DNA of 64,000 bases from Octopus vulgaris (Eukaryota): assembly GCA_951406725.2 (NCBI GenBank), contig OX597823.1:22816001-22880000 (forward strand). The letters run 5' to 3'. Positions 41,443 to 56,234 of the stretch are shown piece by piece (positions within the stretch are counted from its first letter, which is position 1; every line of letters starts with the position of its first letter). The position numbers were made by a program, and so were the translations under genes. The notes beneath the pieces are model-generated. The model did no database searches and was not told where the DNA came from. It saw only the letters and a program-made list of their open reading frames with translations.

Positions 41443-42450
41443 CTTATCTCGTCTAAGAAAGGATATTCCAGAAATTCTCCTGTTACTGGCCACTGAAGGA
41501 TTTCATTGGTTACTTCAGGATCGGTAATGAATTTTTGATTTAATACACATTCAAAGTGTTCAGCCCACCTTTTCGAAATTTCCTCTTTGCTATTTAAGAG
41601 TTTTGTTCCGTCGTTAGAAAGAATAGGTTTTGGACCAAAGACACCTTTCAGGTTATCATACAATATTCTCAAGTTGAGAGTTAGCAGCCTGTCTCAGTAC
41701 TTCAGCTTTTTTTGCCTATCAAGAATTTTTCATCTCACACAGTTTTTCTGTGTAGTTTTCTTAGAGGAGATGCATAAGAATCTGAGTGTTGATGAGTTTT
41801 TGTCTGAGATCCTTACCTTGTGTCTTTTGTGCATAGTTTCGTGGAGAGGTTTGATTTGAAAATCATTCTCATCGAACCAATCTTGGTGCTTGCGTCTGAC
41901 GAATCCTAGAACTTCTTCAGCTGATGACTCGATGCTATCGAGAATGTTGTGCCACAAAACTTCAAGGTCATTCCTTTCTTTTATTTTCCCAAGCTTTGAA
42001 TATAGATGGATTTCAAATTTTTTTGTCGCTCCTGGACTTTTTAAAGAGGAAACGTTTATTCTCAGAGTTATAATGGATCTCAGTGGCCTCTTTGTATATG
42101 ATTTAACAAGTACCTTATTGCGAACCATTCTGTGATCCGAGTAACACTCGTGAGTTTTATGAGTTCTAGTTAATCTGAAATCACTGCAATCCTTGTTCTT
42201 AGTTATAACTTAGTCAAGCATGTGCCAGTTACCAGATCGGGGATGCTTCTCAAGGTGTTTTGATATTTATCCGTCTGCTGCTGAAACACATTGTGATTGT
42301 TAGACCAAACTGTTGACAAAAACAGCAGTCATAAACCGCTTTCATTTATCGTTCCTGTTCCATGATTTTCTACTAGTCTTGACCACAGTGCGTGTTTATT
42401 GTACATTCTGGCATTAAAATCGCTCATCAATATGATTTTATCATGGTCTG
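41443..42450 (-). mobile_element. RTE LINE, APE-endonuclease end and linker
   Basis: DFNAR, HPRSGNWHMLD, CYSDHRMVR, LGFVRRKHQDWFDEND, RWAEHFECVLN. Confidence 0.88.
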
Positions 42451-42484
42451 GATTATTATTATTATTACTATTATTATGATGATG

Positions 42485-42536
<52 letters not shown>

Positions 42537-42591
42537 CATCGTCATCATCATCAATATCATTATTATGTTATTATTATTGTTATTATTTTAT

Positions 42592-45092
42592 TGTCTTTGT
42601 ACAGCTTCTAACGCTGGAGATGTACTACGGTGTCAGCTGTTCACTACCAGTGAACTAAGGTAACACCCCTTATTTTTCGAACACTATCCGGATTATTCGA
42701 GCGCTTCTGAGCAGTGCTGTTGTCCGCAAGTGATCCACCCTTATTGCAAGCCCCTATTTGTTCCATGTATTTCTCAAGATTTGTATTCACTGTTCCCAGG
42801 CTCCGACAGTTATTGGTACTACTACAACCTTTTTCAGCGACCGCAACTGCTTTACCTCCCAAGTTAACCTGTCATATCTATCGACTTCTCGTTCCTATTT
42901 ATTGCATACCTTGTTGTCAGCTGGGCATGATATATCATATCTATGACCCAGCATCGTATGCTTTCTTTCTCAATTAAGACTATGTCTGGCTTCCTATTCT
43001 CTGCCTCGTGGTTGCACTGAATCATAAAATCCCATAGGATCTTTGCATTATCATTTTCGATGATGCCACTTTTTTGCTCTGTCAAGTCCGTACTTGTTGC
43101 AAAGTGTCCAATGGACAATCCTTGCTATATTGTTGTGATGTCTCTTACATTCTTTGTGGGCTAGTGGTGCACATTGACTGGTAATATGCCATACGGTTTC
43201 AACATTTTGTCCAAAATTTCTGCACTTATCACCTTCTGATGTGTTGTCTATTCTGTATTTGATGTAATTGGTACATAATGCTTGCTCTTGGGCAGCACAG
43301 ATTAGAGCCTCTGTTTCCGGTTTTAAGTCACTTTTAGTCATCCATAGCCATCTTTTTTCTCTGTCTGTCTTATCTTCAACATCCCTATGGAATTGTCCAT
43401 GCATTCTTTTCTTTATCTACTTATTTTTTCATTTATTCTCAAGTGCTTGTACAGAGCTTTATCTTTGCAATCTTCCATCCTACACAAGCCTGACCGTCTT
43501 ACTTTCAATAATAGCGGTTCTGTGGCATTTTTACATACCATGCAATGTTGTTCTCTTCTGCTCTAATGCTGTGTTCGCATCCAATCAGTCTTCTTCGCCC
43601 TCTTGTTCTTGATACATACAGCCTGTCTGTCACGTTTTAGGTGGAGTATCCCATACCTAGTCAGCAACTTCCTTGTCTTTCTGTCAAAGCTGTTTAGTTC
43701 ATCTACTGTCCATGCGATTACCCCTGCTCCATATCTAAGGAGTAAAACCGTCCAGATATTGATAGCATCAATCTTATTTCGTCCATTTAATTTCGACTTC
43801 AGGATCAATTTCAGTCTGCGCAAGTATTCCACCTTAAATTATTCTGTCATTTCTTTCTGTATCAATTTATCCATTTCCAATATCCCCAAGTACTTATAGC
43901 CCCTCTTTTCTATCTACTTCATAACCTCCCCCGACGGCATCGCTAGCCCGTCCATAAATTTGATTTCGCCTCTCTTCAAGATTAACACACCATAATTTTA
44001 CAGTCCAAAATCCATTCTGATATCAGCACTGAAAGTATACACCGTATCAACGAAGGAACTGACTTGAGATTCATCTTTACCATAAAGTTTAAGGTAATTC
44101 ATGACTTTTTGTTGGCGGCTATTGAATACACACCCAGCCTTTGCTTTCCGCAGAATCAATGTTAGTGGTATCATGCATAGTACAAAGATCAGTGGGGACA
44201 GGCAGGCCCCTTGGAAGATGCCTCTCCTGATTTCTATTGTCCCTAAACTTCTTCCATATGCTGTCAGTTCCGTCCTCCAATTCGCCATACGTTTTCCAAG
44301 CAATCGCTCAACATTCGATGCAATACCATATAGGTTCATACATTTCATAATCCAACAATGTAGGATTATCGTATCGTACACCTTACAATAACCAATCCAT
44401 GACATGGCTAAGTTAGTTTTCCTCCACTTTTAGTCTCTAAGTAGAGTTTTATCTACCAGGAGTTGATCCTTTGTACCTCTGCATTTACGCTTGCAAGCCT
44501 TCTGCTCATGTGACAGGACTCCATTTATTTCCAGACAAAATTTATCATGTCCATATATTGACTCTGTGACTATTCCAGTCAATAATTTCCACATAAGTGG
44601 CTAGCAGGATCTCGGCCTGTAATTGTCTATTGTATTGCCTTTTACGATGTTTTTCAAGCACAGCACTATACTACCCAATGTCAACCACTCTGGTGTTACT
44701 TGATCGGCATTTAACAAGGTGTTGAGTTGCACAGTTATTCATGCATGACATTCACCAAATCTTTTGATCCAGTAGCCTTGAACTCCATCTGGTCTCGGGG
44801 CCTTCCAGTTGCCCAATTTTTATTTATTTATTTATTTTTGCTGATTTCCTTCACTTCTCTAACTGAAATAACTAGTTCTTCTTGTTTTGGACAGACTACT
44901 GTTTGTTTCAGTTCTTGCAACAATTCAGCATCCTTCTTGTGTGCCATGTCTTTGCTCCAGATGTCACTCCAAAGCCTTTGACTTTCAATGTTATATGGTA
45001 TTATATGTACTGTCTCCATTGATTTCTTTGTAGAATCACTTCTGATCTACTCTGAATAGCCTATTTTGCAGCTATCCTTTCATTCTTTGATC
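42592..45092 (-). mobile_element. Dong/R4-clade non-LTR retrotransposon (RT + RLE), 5'-truncated, decayed
   Basis: RRGIFQG..LSPLIF, YKYLG, YLRRLKLILKSKLNGRNKIDAIN, MHGQF..LKPETEALICAAQEQAL, CCHC-like knuckle, ILWDF..RKPDIVLI; (TAA)n on both sides, the known Dong target. Confidence 0.9.
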
Positions 45093-45186
<94 letters not shown>

Positions 45187-45249
45187 AGTAATAATACATA
45201 TCGTATAAACATGAGTAACGCAAAGAATTTCCAATTGTATACTAATGAG

Positions 45250-45660
45250 AAAAATGTAACTGTAGCAATAAAGCTGCATGTCCTCAAATGAATGAATGTC
45301 TCCGAAAAATCATCGTGTATGAATGCACAATCTGGACTCGAGCAAAAGAAATCACATATATATGTACAATATCAGATTATTTCAAAAATCGATGGCATAA
45401 TCACGTTTACGTCATTTAAAAGGAAATACGGATGGAACAACAATTCATTCGTCAACCTAATATAGAATCTTACAAGAAGGATGGTGCAACACATCTCTTT
45501 GTTCGTGATAAAAACTGCTTGTCCATATGATGCGAACTCCAGGTTATTCACTCTTTGCTTGGATGATACTCTGTGTATATTACTAACCAAAAAGGAATTA
45601 ATTAACAAACATTTGGATATTACTATATGATGTAACCACAAATATGTAAAAACTTTCGGG
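45250..45660 (+). mobile_element. Penelope-like GIY-YIG endonuclease remnant
   Basis: KCNCSNKAACP..ECL..IVYEC..TYICT..FKNRWHNH..SF..ACPYD..LCLDD..LINK..CNHK, matching the CNC..CP..C / YIG..FKxRxxNH / CxLCLxE pattern of PLE endonucleases. Confidence 0.75.
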
Positions 45661-46461
45661 GAATACGGGGAAAATATTTAATAGAAAATGATTAACTGTT
45701 TTAGTAACATCTCACATCAATAACGGAAAACTTCATAATTTATTAATGTATTACTTCAGAAAGAAGAAAATGCATCTTAGCAAAGAAATAACTTAACTTT
45801 ATCTTCTTAGAAAAAATTCTGTGTCTGCGTGTTCGTGGGAGTGCGAGAATATCATAAATATATTTACTAGCAGTCCGCAAGTAAATCAGTAGTGTATAAT
45901 TCTAGATACACAAAGGCATCTTATAATTTGATCTATTCGTTCATATATTTATTTTTCTTTCATTCATTTTTTCTCTTTGATTCATTCTATTTCTTTTCCA
46001 GTTAATTTGGATTTGTGGTTTATCATGTATTTGTTTTGTTTTGTTTTAATAATGGTATACTAATGAAATAATAATAACATCTTCAACAAAGAGTATATAT
46101 TTTGTCAACTAAGAATTAATTCGGCAAATTAACTAATAATTAATTCAATTTATACATAAACCTGATGAGCCGATACCCTCCAGCATTGTTTAAATAATAC
46201 TGATTAAGAGTATTATTTCGTATATTATATAATAATATTCCAGCAATAATCTCCTGGTAAAATGTCGTTGAAGAATTATGTAATGAAACGAGTTGCTCAC
46301 TCCATTCTCCTTGTTAATGTTTATATAAACTCGACGGATATTTACGGATTTTCAAATATATCATCAGTAAAGTGATCTACCTTCGTTATACAATAGCATC
46401 TGATAGCCGATACCCATGAACGGGTTTTATAAAATAAACTACAGGGTTAAACTCAAATGTA

Positions 46462-46576
<115 letters not shown>

Positions 46577-47396
46577 TAAGCATTTTCAAAATGAATTAGC
46601 TAAACAACAAATTCATTCAAAATTCTCTGAATTTATTTGGAAACTAAAAGCTTCCAAAGTACCTTATATTTCTTGTAAAGTTATCTTTCTTATTAAGTCT
46701 TTCAGAAATAATAATAAGTTTTGTCAACTTTCTACTGTTAAATTATACGAAACGATACTCTCCAAACAATTGCTATCCTGAAATAGTCTTTTATTGTCGA
46801 CACTGAACTTATGAACTCTATGAACTCTAAAATACTATGACCCTGCAAATTACAAACAATACTTCTAACACATTTTTTTCATGGCTGACATTGCAAATTC
46901 AAATTATTTTCTGCATTATGTGTGTAATTTTTTTATCTGCATGAATTAGGTTATATGAAATGGCGAATGCAACTATATCGCATATACGTGTTTTATATCA
47001 AAGTGCCTGAATCCCCTTTTAAAAATGGTACTACCGCTTGAACACTATATACCAATAAGTTCGCTTATGTAAACATATTTGTGTGTGTATACATGTATGG
47101 ATGTGCATTTATGTACGAGTATGTGTGAGTGTGTGTGAATACATATACACGCAGGATTTTAATCTTTATTTTTTATTCTTTATTTCGATTTTATTTTATA
47201 CTTCAAATTAATTTCTAACTGTAAGCACAGAAATATATTAGGCCATACCACAAGTTCTCTCCAAATTTTGAATAAAGAAAACAAGTGATCAAATGTTATA
47301 TTTAATCATCAATGTACTTTCCCTGATTATCTATGACTTCTTTCCATCTATTTACAAGCTTTTTGGGATGACCTGATATATTCTTTGTTTGTTTTT

Positions 47397-47935
<539 letters not shown>

Positions 47936-47946
47936 GGTACCCCATT

Positions 47947-47996
<50 letters not shown>

Positions 47997-48319
47997 TAAA
48001 ATAATTAACGCAGGTATAATTTATTTTACTTCCGACACATGTAACATGGAAGCTTCTAAACTTAAAAATCTATGTGCAATATATGTAAGACAATAAATAA
48101 ATATTAGAAATATTAAATTTCTAAATATCTCAAAGAGATATAAGCAGTGGTGGAACGATAAAGCAGTAGTATACTGTCAACTTAACGTGACAGTCCCGTA
48201 AAGGGAAACACACCACCACTATTTAGCCCTAGGAAGCATCGACGCTTCCTGTCGGCCTTCACACATTTCCTGTGTCCTTATGTTTACAAAGGGGAGACAA
48301 GCACCCCCAACAGCTAGGC

Positions 48320-48370
48320 CTGCACCCAGAGACATGTTTCTGAATCTTGCTCGTCATCAGTCTGGAGCAG
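48320..48370 (-). ncRNA. Type I hammerhead ribozyme, canonical core
   Basis: CUGCUCCAGA-CUGAUGA-cGAG-caaga-UUCa-GAAAC-AU-GUC^UCUGGG(U)GCAG; 10-bp stem I with one bulge; palindrome ACAUGU; first stem II pair mismatched. Confidence 0.75.
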
Positions 48371-48382
48371 CTTTGTGAAAGG

Positions 48383-48915
48383 TGAGTTTTACAACAGGAT
48401 ATCAACCCTAAGCACACGGCGAAGTCTACCAAAAAATGGATTGTCGATCACAATACAAAATTATTAGAATGGCCAAGCCAGTCACCTGTCATGAACCCCA
48501 TTGAAAATTTGTGGCGTTATTTGAAAATTAAAATTCATTCAAGAGCCCCAGCGTGCATTGCAGATTTGAAGAAAATTTATCAATAAGAATGGGAAAAAAT
48601 CCCTAAAGAATCATGCGAGTCATTGATTAAGAACTACAAAGAGATTGGTTGAAGTGGAACTGAATAATGGTTATGCTACGAAGTATTAAATCAGAATTAT
48701 CAGTTATTTATGTTCTGTACGAGTACATTTTTCACCCCTAAATATTTATAATTGTATATAAATTCCTTAGTAAGTATAATTTATTAGTTTCTTTTGCATA
48801 TTCTTAGTTTATGCATGTGTATGCAAATAGAGTATTGGTATATCCCATTTAGGTTCATTAGAAATGAGATAAATAAAGAATTTTGACATATATGAATATT
48901 TATTTCACCCTACTG
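48383..48915 (+). mobile_element. Tc1-like transposon 3' half with long right end
   Basis: QQD..PKHTAKSTKKW..WPSQSPVMNPIENLWRYLK..EWEKIP..NGYATKY*; repeated TTTCACCC motif (48730, 48903); ends CTG|TA. Confidence 0.85.
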
Positions 48916-48991
<76 letters not shown>

Positions 48992-49255
48992 AATATATAT
49001 ACATATGTATGTATGTCTGTGCGTGTGTATGCGTGCGTGTGTGTGCGTGCGTGTGCGTGTGTGTGTGCATGTGTGTATGTACATTGTGGGAGCACAGTTA
49101 CTAGTATTGACTTACATTTCCAAGCCTAGAAATAATTTTCCCGCATTTATTTACTGCTGGTTTTATATGCAATTTTGCACTTTAAGTATATATATAAAGT
49201 TTTTAAGTATATACGTAAGTATATATATTTTAAATATATATATATACTTAAAATC

Positions 49256-49306
49256 TATTACCTTTTGTATGCTTAGATCTCCCGCTTTAGATTTTTATAT
49301 TTATTA

Positions 49307-49352
<46 letters not shown>

Positions 49353-49398
49353 TAATAAATATAAAAATCTAAAGCGGGAGATCTAAGCATACAAAAGG

Positions 49399-49403
<5 letters not shown>
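49256..49403. repeat. Perfect ~148-bp palindrome centred on (AT)21
   Basis: The 53-bp arms are exact reverse complements. Confidence 0.95.
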
Positions 49404-49446
<43 letters not shown>

Positions 49447-49779
49447 GTCCCTGCTTACGGTTAATAAGATTTATATGACACCCATCCGAATTAAGCCGTA
49501 TTTTATAATAAAGTCCTGTTTATTCAGCATATTTGATCATCTATTTATTTATTGTCTTACATATATTGCATATAAATTTTTAAGTTTATATCAGCTTCCA
49601 TAAACGTAATACTACACTTTCTGTATACCGTTTTATATTTTGCTCCTTAGTCGTATTTCCGTTATGTGTGTGATAGCAGTTCTGTAACTTCCCCTGTTAT
49701 TAGCTAGCATACAAATTATTAATTTCAATGAATTCTGAGTACCTCTTGCAGTTTTCGCGTGAAGCAAAATATCTGCGAT

Positions 49780-50191
49780 ACTCTTTTACTCTTTTACTTG
49801 TTTCAGTCATTTGACTGCGGCCATGCTGGACCACCGCCTTTAATCGAGCAACTCGACCCCGGGACTTATTCTTTTGTAAGCCCCAGTACTTATTCTATCG
49901 GTCTCTTTTGCCGAACCGCTAAGTGACGGGGACGCAAACATACCAGCATCGGTTGTCAAGCAATGCTAGGAGGACAAACACAGACACACAAACATATATA
50001 CGCACATACATTTATATATACATATATACGACAGGCTTCTTTCAGTTTCCGTCTACCAAATCCACTCACAAGGCATTGGTCAGCCCGGGGCTATAGCAGA
50101 AGACACTTGCCCAAGATACCATGCAGTGGGACTGAACCCGGAACCATGTGGTTGGTAAGCAAGCTACATACCACACAGCCACTCCTGCACC
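49780..50191 (-). mobile_element. Full-length SINE family S1
   Basis: Reverse complement aligns to 37645-38117. Confidence 0.9.
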
Positions 50192-51235
50192 TATATTTGA
50201 TTATTATCTTTTCTTTTATCGAAACTGTTTAAGTTTAAGAAACTGCGCGATGTTTATTTCACCATTCATTCATTTAAATTAATTACTCTAAATTAAGTCT
50301 GTCTCTTTTTTTTTGTTGTTTTCGTTAAAAGTTACATTACTTATTCAACAAGCTTCTAACAGCATTGAGTAATTCAATAGCATTTATTAGCAGCAGAGCC
50401 ATAGATTGATTTATATACCTTATATCAACTTGTAATACGACAAACGAGATTTTTATGGAGAATTTAAACTTATTGCTCTTCTTTTATTTTGCAGACAAAT
50501 ATACACACAGTTATTTCAGATATTTCTTATTTATTTCAAAAGATAGATATTTCTTTCTCATAAATTGCATGCAATGCTTTAATTTTTTTCGAATGAAAAC
50601 TTTTCAAAGTCCGTCCAGTTGTAATATAACCTGAACTATGCTAAGCCATTGTTTCCGAGTTGACCTTTATACCAACCTATATCCAATAAATCTTGTCGTA
50701 AATTTTCCTTGCATCACTTCCAACTTAACCCTCCCTTTCGTCTTGACTTTTCCCCCATTTAGTTTCCTACCTTGAATACAATCAAAACTTATTGAAATTT
50801 TTAACAAATTTTAAAACCCATCATACACACTATATTTTGACAAAATTTCCCTCTATTTGAAAAACATTAGTAAAGACTCGACACTTTCACTATTTGAAAA
50901 AGCGGACAGGTAAAACTTGAAGGTCCAGTCAACTTGATGTTCATACTGAGGCTAATCGTAAATAGTCACCGAAACATCTAGACGCTCCATAAGGTGATGT
51001 ATGCTAATTTTTATAGGTGTTTTGGTAAACAGCAATTATTTTGCTTGTTTAATTCGCATTGATGTAAAATCTGTTTTGAGATGCATGTGTATGCGCGCCT
51101 GAGAATGAGTGTGTATATGAGAATATGTACATATGTATGAACAAGTATGTATGTATGTATGTATGTATGTATGTATTTAAATGTACATATTTGCGTATAG
51201 ATACATACATATGTGTGTGTATATGCATAGATGTG

Positions 51236-51340
<105 letters not shown>

Positions 51341-51342
51341 TA

Positions 51343-51407
51343 TTACTCTACCACTGGTATTTGAGTACTCTTTTTTCCACCTTGTTTCACATTTATGTGT
51401 TTACTCC

Positions 51408-51443
<36 letters not shown>

Positions 51444-51974
51444 TACATACAAACATATATATACGTACCTACATCTACATGTATATATACATGCATATAT
51501 AAATAATTATACGTGAGTACAGGACACCACAATAAGACGTAGAAACGGGAAAAACAAAAAAAAAAAAAAAAAAACAAGAAAACGAAAAAACAAAAAACAA
51601 GAAAACGAAAAAAACAGTTACAGGACGTGCTACACAAGGAAAAAAACCCCGTCATCAGCTGTCGCTAGTAGACTCAAGCATGTTTCGAAGGCAAAGACAG
51701 AACACTAATCCACTAGGCCTTCCTGCGAGAGAATTAAAATAAAATTCCAAGCAGTGGGGGAAAATGAGTACGAACACGAACAGGACATAACAATAAAACT
51801 GCAAAAATAAAAATACATGCACAAAAAATACAAATAAATACAAAACGAAAAAATAAAAAGAGAATACGATACAGGAAATCAAACACACAAGAGGACGAAC
51901 GAAAAAGCCTTTTTTTCTGGCATAGACGAAGGATACTGTGGCAGCGCGTGGAAGGGAGTCTTTTCAGTAGTAAG

Positions 51975-51975
<1 letters not shown>
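51343..51975 (-). mobile_element. Probable Penelope-like short element between (TAGA)n/(TA)n
   Basis: Microsatellite-bounded; contains a GAAGGC..GCCUUC-GAAAC hairpin and a separate CUGAUGA on minus, but no intact HHR. Confidence 0.4.
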
Positions 51976-52026
<51 letters not shown>

Positions 52027-52058
52027 CGCCCGGTGTGCAAGTTCGCCGCCTCGCATGA

Positions 52059-52168
<110 letters not shown>

Positions 52169-52174
52169 TGCACG

Positions 52175-52735
52175 AGGCGGCGAACTGGCAGAATCGTTAG
52201 CACACCGGGCGAAATGCGTAGCCGTATTTCGTCTTCCGTTACGTTCTGAGTTCAAATTCCGCCGAGGTCGACTTTGCCTTTCATCCTTTCGGGGTCGATA
52301 AATTAAGTACCAGTTACGCACTGGGGTCGATATAATCGACTTAATCCGTTTGTCTGTCCTTGTTTGTCCTCTCTGTGTTTAGCCCCTTGTGGATAGTAAA
52401 GAAATAGAAATAGATATTTCGTCTGCCGTTACGTTGTGAGTTCAAATTCCGCCGAGGTCGACTTTGCCTTTCATCCTTTCGGGATCGATAAATTAAATAC
52501 CAGTTACGCACTGGGGTCGTTGTTTGTCCCCTCTAGGTTTGGCCCCTTGTGGTAATAAAGAAATAGATATTTCGTCCGTCTTTATGTTTTGAGTTCAAAT
52601 TTCTCCGAGGTCGACTTTGCCTTTCATCCTCTCGGGGTCGATAAATTAAATACCAGTTGCGTACTGGGGTCGACCGATCGACTGGCCCCCTTCCCCCAAA
52701 AAGTTCGGGCCTTGTGCCTAGAGTAGAAAATAATA
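52175..52735 (+). mobile_element. SINE family S2 with triplicated body
   Basis: One head, then the unit ATTTCGTC..GAGTTCAAATT..GAGGTCGACTTTGCCTTTCATCC..CTGGGGTCG three times (~52226, ~52416, ~52569). Confidence 0.9.
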
Positions 52736-53535
52736 TATACATTCACATACACAGACAGACAGACAGATAGATAGACGTTCCTCAAAATATCTCAAGGTTT
52801 ATTTGTGTGAGGCATTTTTCGAAATTACTCAACAATAAACACACAAGCACGCACGCACACACACAAGCACGTGCTCACACACACCTATCATTCCTCTGCA
52901 CATTCTATTCTTCGTATTGGTCAACAGGAAAAGATATTACATCTATTAAGATATCCGTTTGCATCTTTTTTTTTTACATTTCAATTTTATTATTTACTTT
53001 TATCTTCACTTCCGGATTTGTCGCCGAGTCTGATCCCATCTGTGTGTCTGTTTGTTAAAATAGCAAAGAGCATCTATTACGAAATTCGTTTTTATTGTAT
53101 CATATTATATTATAACATATGTTAGAGACTGTGGAATGTAATAACTTCCTCCGCCTCCAACAAGGAAGACGGTCTTAGTGTATTGGAATAATTCCACATG
53201 TTCTTTTCTTCCCCTCCCGCACCAGCATTTGAAGATGTTTATACAACTACATCAAACACGTAGCCTCTACTTAGTACCCAACAGGCTTATGCACCATGTG
53301 TCCAGTCCATATGAAAGTATCCCAATGTAAATGACGCAGTATTCGGTGTTCGAACAAGACATCCTTGTTAAGTTGGATACAAATATTGCCTTTTGGTATT
53401 AATAATGCTGCTGCTGCTAAAAATTATTTTTTTATAAGCATGTTAGCTATATGTGACATCAGAGCCTAAACGGGCATTGAACATTTATATATCACTGGCA
53501 GAGAGATTTGGCTGTATGCGGCGACCGGGAGTCTT

Positions 53536-53575
53536 CCACTGATAAGACGAGGCACGTCGAAATCACGTGATCTAG
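53536..53575 (+). ncRNA. Hammerhead-like motif with G8A core change
   Basis: CCA-CUGAUAA-GACG-aggca-CGUC-GAAA-UCACGUGA-UC^UAG; palindrome AUCACGUGAU; weak stem I. Confidence 0.5.
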
Positions 53576-55765
53576 CAGTTCTGATACTCGTAGCAGACGA
53601 TTCTCGCCTGTCAACAATAAAAATGTGTGTATGCATCAATATGAGAGGTCCTCTCAAGGCAAATAACGCAATATTCAACGCCCTAACAATACATCCACGT
53701 TAAGTTGGATAGAACGATTGCCCTTTTAGTATTAATACTCCTTCGGTCGCTAATAATCGTGTGTGTGTGTGTGTGCATAAGAACCACTTCGTATGTATAT
53801 TTGCTACATTTGTAAGGAATCGTTTATGCCACGTTGTTACAGTCGTATTTCTTTTTCCATGATGTTACCAGCTGTTATATATTTAGTGCTTAAAAGAGTG
53901 TCTTTTAATAGCGGTTGATGATGTGATGCCACCGAAACATCTAGAATTCCGGCTAGATAACTCGTGATTCCATATTTTTATTTTGTGTGTAGTATTTTTG
54001 AGATCCATTTTCCCCCATTTCTTTCATTTGCGTAGCTCTAAAGCAGTGCTTTTCTATGTAGATGCTACTACCCTCTGGGGCGGTGGAAAATTCTATAAGG
54101 GTACTGGAAACAAAAGGGGTGATGGAGAAAGATTGACGCATATGTACAGTTTATTTGGTTTTTGTCTCCTCTTTAATTGTATTAATGCATTTTATTCATT
54201 AGCCGCTGAAGAGGTGAAAAGCCACCAAAACATTTAAATATCTCGAAAAGTAACTTGGAGTAAATATTTCATATATTTTTATGTGGAATATCTGAGGTTT
54301 ACTTTTCTATTTGTTTAATTCACAATTTCATAAAATCGTTGAGCCGACTACCTAGTGAGTCTCACTAGTAGGATGCCACATGCTGCAAGATACACTAGCT
54401 TATATCAAACGTAATTGAATGGGTTTCTTTCTGAAAAACCAAATGTACCAGGACAAACTTGTCGAAAGTTGTTTCTCTGAATGCGCGAAGAAGTGAAAAT
54501 GCCCATAAAAGAGTATTTCAAATTTTCCTTTCTTATGAATTCCGTATAAGTTTTAAATACATTACTGTTGACTATTTGTATCTTAATGTGACAAGGCAGT
54601 GCTTTCGAAAAGCTACTGCAGCTATTACAGGTAAGCGAAGCAATGTAATTATAGAAGAGAGATACGACATTAGCGTTGTGGACGAGTTTTTTCTTGCGCC
54701 GAAGTGGTTGATTCAGTCAGGAAAACTTTGTTTACAGCAAGGATAACTAACTAGTTTTTGACACTGATTTTGCTAAGGATCTTTGCATATCTATGGTTTG
54801 ACAAGAACTGAAAAGAAATGAAAGTTTAAACATTTGCTTGCAATATTTGTTCCATGTAAAAATGGGCTCAGGGTTTACTGGCTAATCATTTCTAATTCAA
54901 CTTGAATTTTAAGTCACTCGAAAATTTTGGTTCGTGATCTCTAAGAGCAGGTCATGGTGAATGAAGGGCTAAATATCCTACTTTGTCATGTATATTAAGG
55001 TTATTAGCTGTATCTTTAGTGTCTAGGTTAAAAGAGTTGTATATATTGGTGCCAGAGGTATTGTAAATATTAGTGCTGCTATTGGATAATCCTCTTGTTA
55101 CTTCTATAAAAGATTTTGGTCACCAATACATGTAGCCATTTTTTATTATAAAAAGCTGTTAAATGCATGTTTAAAGAGCTTTGGACGCTGTTGTAGACTG
55201 AGTAGTAACTCTCATTATCAGATTGAGGAAATCTGTTTCGAATGACATAATTTTTTTCTTTTCTTTTTCTTGATTTAATTCCAAATATTCTGTCTGCATG
55301 ATTTCGAAGAATGCAATTGTCGATAAAATGGATATGTCATCACTTTCTTTTTATAAAATCTTTCGTTTTTCTGATTAAACTTTGCAGGTTTCTTTTTCTC
55401 TTTTTTTTCTTTTTCTTTCTTTTTTTTTTTTTTTTTTTTTTGATGGGATAGAGATATATTTGGTGAATCCGTTTTTCTACAGTACTCAACAACAAAATTT
55501 AGCAATATGTAAGCACTTGAAGGTATTTTCATCGCTACACTTTCACCTTCTCTCGACTTAACAGTTATTTTGCTTTTTCTCAAGAAAGCAATAGGATGTT
55601 TTCACATTGGAAGCAATCTAAGTTTCAAGTATTCTTATTTACGCTGTTATATACACATATACAAGCATACATATCAGTGCGTCTACATGTGAAACTCGGA
55701 GTAACAAGAGACTGACTCGACCAAAATAATACACGCGTGTGTGTGTAGATATGCATGTGTATATA

Positions 55766-55817
<52 letters not shown>

Positions 55818-56234
55818 AGCAAAATTCCCCCCCCCCCCCGTTCAATGGACGGTGCTGAATTGTCAAACATTTAAACCAAATTTTCCCAAAACAACTTGTC
55901 CGACAGTCCCATAGGCCTCCCCTTTGAGAAACACTGATTTAATCTAAATTTGAGACACCAGCAAAAGAAGAAATAAAGATAGACTTTTTTTTACTATTCC
56001 AAAGAAAGACGATTTTATTCACACAAATATGCAACCGAAGAGTTTTTAAGTACCAGTAATGATAAGGCTGTTGACTGGGAGAACAAAAACATGGTTTAAA
56101 CTGTAAGCTTGGCAGGAAAGAAACGTTTGAAGAAAATATCTCTTTTGCATCTTACTTTTTTGGTCTCTTAAATATACTGCATTTTGAGGCATTATTTCAA
56201 GCCAGCCGGCTTTTTTATTTTTTGGGCGCAAACT

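Noticed and set aside
46158-46430. CTGATGAGCCGATACCC and a second CTGATAGCCGATACCC downstream of the PLE endonuclease remnant
   Set aside because: Could not close stem II with a GAAA or find stems I/III; possibly a decayed HHR but unsupported.
51650-51732. Hairpin + GAAAC and nearby CUGAUGA on minus strand
   Set aside because: Core elements are not in a consistent hammerhead arrangement.
53496-53607. Candidate minus-strand exon (good acceptor, phase 1-2)
   Set aside because: Weak donor (GTGATA), and the GC-rich core is explained by a hammerhead-like relic on the plus strand.
54955-55936. Possible hAT remnant (KYPTLS..LLAV; TTTGAGAAACACTG end); also CAGTGGCG start at 14753 and Tigger-like trace at 28200-28335
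   Set aside because: Too short or degenerate; no matching second terminus found.
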